This document shows positions 55,470 to 64,000 of a DNA stretch of 64,000 nt, piece after piece; within the stretch, counting starts at the first letter, position 1; every line of letters starts with the position of its first letter. The position numbers and the translations under genes are program-made. Origin of the DNA: Lama glama. Taxonomy: Eukaryota. The notes beneath the pieces are model-generated. The model saw only the letters and a program-made list of their open reading frames with translations, searched no databases and was not told the DNA's origin. Location of the stretch: assembly GCA_028534125.1 (NCBI GenBank), contig CM052817.1:69194001-69258000 (forward strand). The letters are read 5' to 3'.

Positions 55470-55710
55470 AAAATATAATGGTTAAGAGCCCAGGACCTGG
55501 ACTCAAAGACTGTCTGGATTTGAATCCTGTTCTGCCACTTATACTAACTGTTGGCCTTGGGCACACAGCTTCCACTCCATGCCTCAATTTCCTCACTTGC
55601 AGGTTAGGGAGAGTAACAGCGCCTAGCTCATAGGGTTGTGAAGACTAAATACGTGTAAAACGCTTAAAACGGTGCCTGACACACAGCAGTTGCTATGTGT
55701 TAGCTACTCA
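55470..55710 (+). mobile_element. Near full-length MIR SINE beside DKK2 exon 1
   Basis: atggttaagagc...tggatttgaatcctgttctgccactta...gcctcaatttcctcac...ctcatagggttgtgaagactaaat...ggtgcctgacacacag. Confidence 0.85.
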
Positions 55711-56040
55711 CATCATCTGTGGCATCGCTGTGTTAAATCTGGAGAAGGACCATTCTGGTCACTTCCCCCACCTGTATGCACTAGATCCCTGTACATGCCT
55801 GGATCCCAAAGCAGAGACGAGACGGTACCCTAACCTACCCGCTCCACGCTCTCCCGTACTTAAAGCCACCCAGCCTCCCGCGCCCGCGCAGACCTGCTTC
55901 TAGGAACCCCTAGCCAGCTGTCTTGGGCGCCACACCTGGGGGCGGAAGGTCGAGAGGCGCAAAGGCAAACGAATTGTCGAGAGTTCCAGTCCCTCTACCT
56001 CTCCTGGCCTCAGAGTGGGTATTTTGGGGTATTTTCCTAC

Positions 56041-56262
56041 CTGCCCCAGGTTTTTGCCCTTCTTACTGCCGCCGAAAGCCAGTCCTTGGTATGTGCCCGC
56101 AGATCGATTGGCGGCCTGGGCAGGCGTCTCCCCTCCCAGAGAGGACTTGATGGAGTTGAGTTTGGCCCGAGAGCTGCCGAACTGTGAACTCTCCACCATC
56201 AGCACCGCAGCCAGTAGGAGCAGGCAGCGGGACGAGTCCTTGCCCCGCATCAACACGGCCAT
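56041..56262 (-). CDS. DKK2: DKK2 coding exon 1 (74 codons: signal peptide and N-terminal region up to ...GKNLGQ); remaining exons lie beyond position 1
   Basis: Translation MAVLMRGKDSSRCLLLLAAVLMVESSQFGSSRAKLNSIKSSLGGETPAQAANRSAGTYQGLAFGGSKKGKNLGQ matches the mammalian DKK2 N-terminus. ATG at 56262-56260 in strong Kozak context (gagATGG), in-frame upstream TGA at 56349-56347, phase-0 donor CAG|GTAGGA at 56041/56040, NRS glycosylation sequon at N52. Confidence 0.97.
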
Positions 56263-56985
56263 CTCCGGGAGAGGGGTCCCCGGGGAGGAGCAAAGCCCGC
56301 AGGGGTGCGGATGCAAAAGCACGAAGGACCCCCAACACGGGGCCCCTCACTTGGGGCGACGGGGCTCGCAGACTCTGTTCCCCCAACTCCACTTGGCTTT
56401 GGGGGCCCAGCACCGTGTGAACTCAGTCTCACGCCTCAGACCAGCAGCGAGCGCGACCCAAGCAAGACCCGCTTCTCCGCCAGGGCAGGAAGTTCTGCAG
56501 TAACTGGAAGCAATCAAAGGCAAGGCGCCTTCTCGCCAAGGAGGCGTGACCTGAGGTGCAAGAAGACCCAGTCCCGCGGACCGCACCGCTTCCCTTGCTC
56601 CTTGCCCCGCACCTCCGAGGTCCCGCCCGGTTCTCCGCGGTCCAGTCCTCCTCTTAACTGCTCAGGAGGTCCACACTAGTTTCTTCTTCGGCCTCAGTTG
56701 CTTTTTTCTCCTCTTTTCCTTCCCTAACCTTTACTTCTCAACCTTTGCAGGACATAAGTCCTCCTTTTCAATGTTAGCGGGCACTGTAATGGGGGATCAG
56801 GAACCGCGTCCCAGACGCGATCCTTGAGGTCTGAGGCCAGCCGAGCTCCCCCACGCACGCACGCACAGTCGCCCTGAAGCGTTGTTCTCCAGTTCACAAC
56901 CCAGCAGCAGCCAACTGCTACCACCGACGCTGCGATGCCCTGGGAGCGGTCTTGCGCTTCCCGCGGTCTCCCTCTCTGTCTGCTC
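56263..56985 (-). other. DKK2: DKK2 exon 1 5'UTR (~720 nt, GC-rich); TSS approximate
   Basis: Continuous GC-rich sequence between the ATG and a point ~30 nt downstream of the TATA box; resembles the long human DKK2 5'UTR as I recall it. TSS is inferred, not observed. Confidence 0.75.
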
Positions 56986-57200
56986 TCTCACCGCCGCCCC
57001 CTTTGCTTTTTATAGCTTCCCACAAGTGGGTCTTATTTTCCTCCGCCCCCAGTTCAGGAGTGACAAAGAGTAAAACGTTTCTATCACCCCCACGTCCCCG
57101 CCCTCCTCTTTTCCTTTCCCTGCGGCAGCTCCTTCTGAGGCTTCCCCTCCTGCTTCTCCTTAGCCCCCTCCCACTCCCTTTCCAATCTACAACAACTGAG
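56985..57200 (-). promoter_or_regulatory. DKK2 core/proximal promoter: TATA box, GC boxes, CCAAT box
   Basis: Minus-strand TATAAAAA at 57014-57007; GC boxes (plus ctccgccccc ~57041, ccccgccctcc ~57096); CCAAT at ~57182; long pyrimidine tract on the plus strand 57090-57181. Confidence 0.8.
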
Positions 57201-57899
57201 AAAAATGTATTCACTCCCAGAGGAATATGCGGGCCCTAGTTCCTGACAACCGCCCAGAGGGTGGAAGAACCTCTGGAAATAAACGGAGGGCAAATGTGGA
57301 AGTGGAGAGGGGCAAGCTGCCACCGCACTTCAGGACCGCCAGCACCCTTCCATGGGTTCCCAACCTATCTCCAGTCTCTGACTCGGAGCAGAGCACTGGA
57401 AAAGCCCTATAGAAGACTGAGGAAAGTGAAGCATCTGGGCGTTAATTCCGTGGACTGTGTACGCTCAAGTTTGGTTTTAGCCTGTGCGTCCCAGTAGAGG
57501 TTTGGAGCTGGCGCTGTGTTGGTGCGCCAGAGGGTGCCCACCGATCCGGATAAGGACTTTGGGAAGAGAAGCAATAGAGAAGGGAGAAAGATGCTTCTAT
57601 TCTACCTCCCGGGAGGCATTTAGGACTTTCTAGTCTCCTCCTTCTCCATCCTCCAGCCCCCCACCCCACCACACACGCAGCGTATGTCTATGTCCCTGAG
57701 GAGCTGGGAGGAACAGGGTGCCCCTGAGTACACTCCGAGATCTGAATCTTACAGCTCTAGCGGTCATCTTTACGGTTCCAGGCAACTCCCCTCTTTGCAA
57801 AGGGGAAATCCCAGACCAGAATGAACAGGGGCAAGGGAGTCTTTGAGGTCCTGCCTTCCTCCGCTTTTTGCCTCTCAGCCTCTGGGAATTCCATGGGAA

Positions 57900-58300
57900 G
57901 CCTTTCCTGCCAAACCCCGAGGCTCCCTAGGTCCAGTTCGCCACTGTGGTCGAAAGGGGCTGGGAGAAGAGCAGGAGTGCGCGGGCGCGCGGCGCTTGGG
58001 GGCGCCAGTGGCAGCTGCGGAACGAGGCGCGGAAGGATTGCAGGAGACAGGCTGTAGCTGTCGCAGGCAATCTCCCGTTTGGAGATGTTCGCCGGCTTAG
58101 AGCGCCAAGGCTGCCACAGTACTGCGAGGGCTTAGGAAGTTGTTGCATTTCTCCCTCTCCCGCGAGCTGACTTCCGCGCACGAAGAAATCGAGGCAGGGC
58201 GGCACAACTGGGCGGCTAACCGCTAGGGGAGGAGGCAGCTCTTTCCAACCACTAATTTTCAGACCTGGGTTCGTCAGCTTTCACACCTGATCCTGGTACA
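57900..58300. promoter_or_regulatory. Upstream CpG-rich segment (island extension)
   Basis: gcgcgggcgcgcggcgc and many other CpGs, ETS-like acttccgc ~58170, about 1 kb upstream of the TATA box. Confidence 0.6.
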
Positions 58301-61300
58301 CACCAGCACGTACAGGGGTAGACAGTCAATACGTCGCTAAGTGAAAACCTTAGTGACTCCTTTCTTCCTACCCTCAAAAGGTCCGAGTCTAAAGTGTGAC
58401 TTTATAGCTGGGTTTCTCCCAGGCTGCACCCACTTTGTCTATTCTGAAAAATTCTTCATTTTTCAGAAAGTTTTTTTTTTTTATTTTTAATACACGAACA
58501 AGAGGTAATTAAAACTTGAACTCTGGGGCATGTTTTCTTATCTTTGGATTGCCTTGTGCTTCCTCAGGGTAGAGATTTTCACACTAAAAATTTTTTTTCA
58601 CTTTTTAAAAATATGTCCAGAAATGGATTTGTAAGGACAAGTGAAGCATTCCAGGCACTAGTGGAGGGCAAGGAAACTGACCCAAAGTCTCTAGATAAGT
58701 ACTTGGGATTCAGTGCTTAGACTTTACAGAAGGGAATATCACTCCCACCGTCTGCTGAAGAGCCAACGCAAATGAATCAAGAGAAAATTTGAAGATGCTC
58801 TGCCTGTTTCTGCTGGTTTCCTCTTTCTTTACCACCAACCAAAATAAGCCACATAGTCAGACCTAACCCCCACCATACGCTAAAAAGAAAAGTGGTGTAA
58901 AGCTCAGCATATTTACTCACAAGAAACGCTTCAGCTTCTGGGAATCAGGGTAAAGAGATTTTCTCAGAGAGTTACAGAGAACCCTACAAGCTCCAAGAGC
59001 AAACCTTTACAAATACAGTCAAAAATCCAAGTTCACAGGGATGTTACTTTCACAAACAATGTCCCTCATGTAGAAAACAATATCTCACTATGGAATCAAA
59101 TGCTAAAATACACACAACTACACCTTAGGCTAAAAACGAGGTAAAAACTAACTTCATTCATGATCCAAATGCTCTCTGTAAAACTGTGTAGAAGACAGAA
59201 AGAGAGAGACACACGTTACCCATATGTAGACACACAGATATGCATACACAAAATCAACTAACTGCAAATAAACATAATCCTTTGGATTACTAACTTAATC
59301 CCACATGTGTTTTCTCATGTGTGTTTTCGTAAGTATGAAGATAAAAGTTTCATATTCTACTTGGAAAACAGATCTTTTGTGCCTTTTGCAATAGCATCAT
59401 TAGGGAGTAAATACAAAAAAGCACCACTGTTCAGAAGTAAGGATAGGGTTCTCTTGTCCAGAAGAAAGTACCTCTGTGGACAGTTTCTCCTCTGTCCATA
59501 CTTACCCTCTCTGTCTGCTCCCCTAGCTGTGGGGTCGTTTTGGTTCCACAGGAAAACCACACCTGTCTCAGCAGTTGCTCTGGGTCCTGGCTTCCTTCTG
59601 AATACTTTGGCCCAAGGTAAGCTAAGGGTATACCTTATCGCCTTATTCTTGTTTTTCATTTTATTATCTCTCTCCCTGCATTAGAAACCACTTCCTACAA
59701 TAGCCTATTTAGCAGTTGGTCATGCATTCACTGTATTAAATTTAGGGCCTTGAGAATACAAATATTAAGTCAGGGCCTTGGGAGTGGAGAGGTTTACAGA
59801 CCACGGTGAAAGCTTTCACTCACTGAGATCTGCCTCTCCCCCACTCCAGAGTTGCTGCTATCCACCTTCCTCTGTCCTCATCCACTGCTGAATTCTGCCA
59901 TTCTCAGTCTTCCACACTGGATTGAATTCATATGACTATGGGAATAAAAATACTAGGAATGCCTCCCAGAGTCTTTCCTTTTCTCTCAAGTCACACGTAT
60001 ACTTTGACAGTGTACAGGGAGACAGTATTCCTACATTTGTAGTTGTGCTTAAATCCAAAGAAATTTGTGGCTAAATCCAAAGAAATGACACTAGCTACGG
60101 GCTTATTAGGGAAGTGAGAACAGAAGTATGGTACTATGGCAAATTTGGGAAGAGAGATTACTTAGTCGTAGGTCCCATAGGACCCCAAAGCATCTTGTTC
60201 ACACTACATGGACATGAAACTTCTTCATCGTGTTGGGTGTTAAAGGATTTGGAAAACATGGTTATGTGGGTTTCCTCTCTTCATAGTAAACCAGCCTGCC
60301 TGGTTCTCTATTCTAGTAGTACTCATACTTTGGATCTTATCCCATGAGAATTTTTGTTTCTCACTTTGCCTGAGGAAGAACAGTACCATGTGTTGGTGTC
60401 AATTACATTTTCAGTAATTTGTAATAATGAACATTAATACTAGTATTGTGAACATTTTTGTGTTTCTTGATAGGTCCAATTTCCATCCAGATATGAAAAA
60501 TTGCATCTCCTATTCTATCCCTGCCACAGTTTTAACGGTTAACCCCCTTCTGACTTGATCTCCTTGACAACAGGACAAGTCGATGGCTTGTTTTTTGAGC
60601 CTTGACATATCAATCATCTTCTCAATATTTTATCTGCCACCCAAACAAATAAAAGCAATTTACTAAACAAATCCCTCCCTTTGAGCCTGAACCCAACTAA
60701 TTAAAAGCATGCAAATAATATAGTCAGCAACTCAGGTGGATAAACTTCTATTGATTCTTGTGCATGTGAGTTACCTTAGGTGAAACTGACTTTAGAAACA
60801 CTCTGCAAATGTTCAACACCAAGCCTTCCCCTTTATGATGCACAATTTCTGCTGGTTCTATACACTGCATACCTTCCTTGGTCGTCCAACTTACTCTCAC
60901 TGCTGAGCTCTGGCAGGTCGTTTCACGATTCATCTTTGGAAAAAGTACTGTACTTGGTGGTGAAGGAGAAATATGTATAATTCTTGAGAGAGGTTCATTA
61001 CAAGAAATTTCATCTTGAACAACAAAGTAAACAACTTTTAGATAATCAGGACTCGGCAGAAGTCCAACAAGGAAGTTAGCACTGCTGTATTTCTGACAGG
61101 ACCTCGTGGGAGAGGGCTCCAGCAACATGCATTTTTAAATGCCTCTCTTGTTACTATTTTAATTTGCAGGAGGGTTGTGTTGGTCGGTTGATTGTTTGGT
61201 TGTTTTAAATCAACTGCACAGATTCGGAAGCAACCGTAAGTCGGGCAAAACATTCTATGAATCCAAACCTGCCAACAAGGAGAAGGATAGATTTCTAACC

Positions 61301-62273
61301 TGCTATTACTACAGGTTATTTCCAGAGCAAACATTACTCAAATGGGGAGACTACTGAAACTCTGGCAATTTATTCCATCTGAAATGATTTGATCATTTGC
61401 AGTAAGGAAATATTAAAAATGGAAGGGAAGGGTAGCTAATCCAGTCATGGTAAAATGTATTTGTTCCTGGTCGGTCATCTGAACTTATGAGTAGTGAACA
61501 TAGAAAAACTTTAACTGTACAATAAATTGTGGCACAGATTGAAAAATAATGGGAAAACTATTTGCAAAACATAAGGAAATAAGTTCCTAAGTGGCAATTT
61601 AAAATCTGTGTTTGAAGCATAACCACACTAAGTAACAGGGAATGTAAATTGTGTTTAGTTTATTTTCAAATGATCAGTTTGTATAGATCCTACCTTTTGA
61701 TACCCTGGGAATAGGCTCCAATGCTCAAAAACAGTTTGAGGTTTGAAAAAAATCAAGATATTAAACTTCAATCAGTTTATGGAATTTTATACATAACTAG
61801 CTTGGAAGACAGAGCAATAATAAAAAAAGTAATAATAACCAAAGTAGATTGCTTATCATATGCCAGGCTTGCTAAGTACTTTTCATGTAGTACATGTTTT
61901 ATCTCTTATTTGTACCCCATAGTTCATGTCTTTAAAACAATGTCCATCATTAAAATAACACTGAGCAAAAAGTAGCATGCTGCACAGCGAGCCCTCATTT
62001 GTAGTCACAGATGCCCAGTTACGGCAACATGCAGAGTACACCTAAGCAAAGGAGAATCTGCCACAAGAACATGGAGGTGCCTTTGCATCACTGCAGCAAG
62101 ACTTAACACTGATTCCTCTGAAGGAGCCAAGATAAATCACCTGGTAAAGGGCTACAAATAACACCAACAATATAAGTAGATGAGTACCTATATTGCAGTT
62201 TTGACTAATGTAGTATAACGCCTCTTGGAAGCTGAATGATCATAGAGCAGAGAACTCTGCTGTCTAAGGACGG

Positions 62274-62658
62274 TGTCTCAGTCGGCTCAGGCTGCTGTAA
62301 CAAAGTGTGTGTACTACAACGGGAGGGGGGTTGCTTAAGCAACAGAAATGTATTTTCTTACAGTTCTGGAGGCTGGAAGTCCAAGATCAAGGTGTCAGCA
62401 GGTCTGGTTTCTTCCAAGGCCTTCTTCCTTGGCTTGCAGAGGCCCTCTTCTCACTGTTCTGCCTCTCTGTCTTTGTCCAAATTCCCTCTTATCATAAGGA
62501 CACATGTTGTAGTGGATTAGGCCCTATCCTAAAGATCTCACTTTAACTTAATTACCTTTAAAAAATCTTATCTCCAAATGCAGTTACGTTCTGAGGTACT
62601 GGGGGTTAGGGCTTCAACATACAAATTTGAGGAGGGGGCACACAGTTCAGCCATAACA
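62274..62658 (-). mobile_element. MaLR solo LTR (MLT1A-like) with TG...CA ends and 5-bp TSD
   Basis: ggctgctgtaacaaa...acagttctggaggctggaagtccaagatcaaggtgtcagcagg...cagccataaca; TSD gacgg at 62269-62273 and 62659-62663. Confidence 0.9.
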
Positions 62659-64000
62659 GACGGCTTTGTAGACATGGTGTAGAGAAAACATTTGGAGAAA
62701 GAGTGACACTTCTGGAACTCTGCCAAAGTTCCAGAACTTATTGTGGGAAATACGTCATATGGTCACTTACAAGTGCTATTTAAATTTTTCCTATTACCGT
62801 TTACCTCTAGCCTGTGTTAATGATCATAACTTCCTCACTTTCCTTCTGTGTGTGAATGATGGCTAAATATGAACCCAGCTGACTGAGTCTAAATGCGACT
62901 GTCAGGATTCCAGTGGGGCCCTGAAAAAGAAAACAAAGAACACAAGCTATTTGCCAAGAAGATAGGATCGCTTCTACATTTAACAACCACACTCTCTTAA
63001 TGAAAGATGGAAACAATAAAGTACAGGAGTATATGATACAAAAATGAAATCACTGTAGATCAAAGAAAAAGGAAGCAACCATCAAAAATAGACTAATCTA
63101 GCAATCAGCAAGTTGTTCTGTCGCTAACTTAATTTGTCCACTTATTTAATTTGATTTGTTCAATTTACTCAGTAAATTAATAGTTACTTGGAATCATAGT
63201 ACCTTTAATTAATTCAAGGCAGTGCTGAATATGTGGGAGCAGAGGGAATATCTCATTTCATTGAAACTACTCATGAAATCAATTTTTAATATATGTGTAC
63301 TTTGACCATTTACTTTTTAAATTATCAAGAAATCTGAGTTAGGATAAGCTCAAATTTAGGTTAGCTTTTTAATTTTAGTTGTTATTGTTTTTTCTGAAAT
63401 CCATAAAATGTTGTTTTGGTTGTTAAATGTCAAGAATATACGTGTAGATGTGAATATACCTAAGACCAAATACTATCTCCTAGAACATAACAAATGTTTC
63501 CACGTCTTAAAACTGGGGTAGCCTTGTTCTGCAATAGAATGTTGTATGTTTTAATTAATAATAAAGGGAAATTCATAAATCTTTGATCAGTTTGCTTTTT
63601 AGTATCAAAGTGTATTATATAAATTGTATCTTATGTAATAGAATTATTCAAATTTTGAAAATGATCTATAATACTGAATATATTGCTCTCCTTCACTTAA
63701 CATTGGAACTAGCACTGGTTCCAGGGATATGCCAGCTGGGACCCATTCTAACGTGAAAATTCAAGATACATTTATAATAACCTAAGCATTATCTTCAAGT
63801 TCACAGAATTATATGATATGTTTGCATAATTTTAGGAGGTCATCCATTTAAAAGCTGGCAGTTGCAAGTTCTGATCAAAAGTTGTGCTTGTTACAGTCCA
63901 ACCCTCTTCATTTTCTTTAGCCAAGTGTAGATACAGCCTAAGACTGTTAATTTTAAGTTAATTTGTATCTGTCTCTCATTTGTATCTATCTGTCCCTCAT

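Larger units (their letters stand above)
1..56040 (-). other. DKK2: DKK2 intron 1 (partial, continues past window start)
   Basis: Begins with GT donor at 56040. No exon encoding the DKK2 cysteine-rich domain (AYPCSSDKEC...) found. DKK2 is known to have a very long first intron. Confidence 0.85.
55830..57350. promoter_or_regulatory. CpG island spanning DKK2 promoter and exon 1
   Basis: High GC and dense CpG compared with the AT-rich, CpG-poor flanks (judged by eye). Confidence 0.85.

Noticed and set aside
55900..56322. 140-aa ORF from the track taken as the full protein
   Set aside because: It starts at a GTG 20 codons upstream of the true ATG and reads through the exon 1 donor into the intron; only 56262-56041 matches DKK2.
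55923..58205. Many overlapping ORFs around the promoter
   Set aside because: Expected stop-codon scarcity in CpG-island DNA; low-complexity Pro/Arg/Gly content.
54796..58230. CTCF-like motifs (~54797, ~55272, ~57520, ~58220)
   Set aside because: Each deviates from the core consensus, and such partial matches are common in GC-rich DNA; needs a PWM scan.
59611..59622. Strong plus-strand donor AAG|GTAAGC suggesting a divergent lncRNA exon
   Set aside because: Isolated motif with no supporting acceptor or transcript evidence.
60043..60086. 22-bp tandem duplication containing taaatccaaagaaat
   Set aside because: Ordinary slippage duplication; similar small ones occur at ~8855, ~35109 and ~46116.

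Overview
Mammalian genomic DNA. A tRNA-derived Vic-1-like SINE at ~6.7 kb suggests a camelid. The only protein-coding sequence I can support is coding exon 1 of DKK2 (Dickkopf-2, secreted Wnt/LRP5/6 modulator) on the minus strand, CDS 56262-56041. It has a ~720-nt GC-rich 5'UTR, a TATA box at ~57010 and a CpG island. Positions 1-56040 read as the first ~56 kb of the long DKK2 intron 1; I found no exon 2. Positions 57 kb onward are upstream sequence. The rest is typical eutherian repeat content (L1, L2, MIR, MaLR/ERV LTRs, hAT-Charlie DNA transposons, microsatellites) plus a 100-N assembly gap. I see no new multi-gene system. The most interesting signals are cis-regulatory or structural: a triple TAATCC (PITX-type) cluster upstream, a TGACAG (MEIS/PBX-type) cluster in intron 1, a single uORF, an exact 83-bp-periodic E-box repeat, a patch of locally templated duplications, and an L1 with its 5' end retained and 3' end missing. 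Repeat family names were assigned by eye and need RepeatMasker/Dfam confirmation; repeat boundaries are approximate unless termini or target-site duplications (TSDs) are given.
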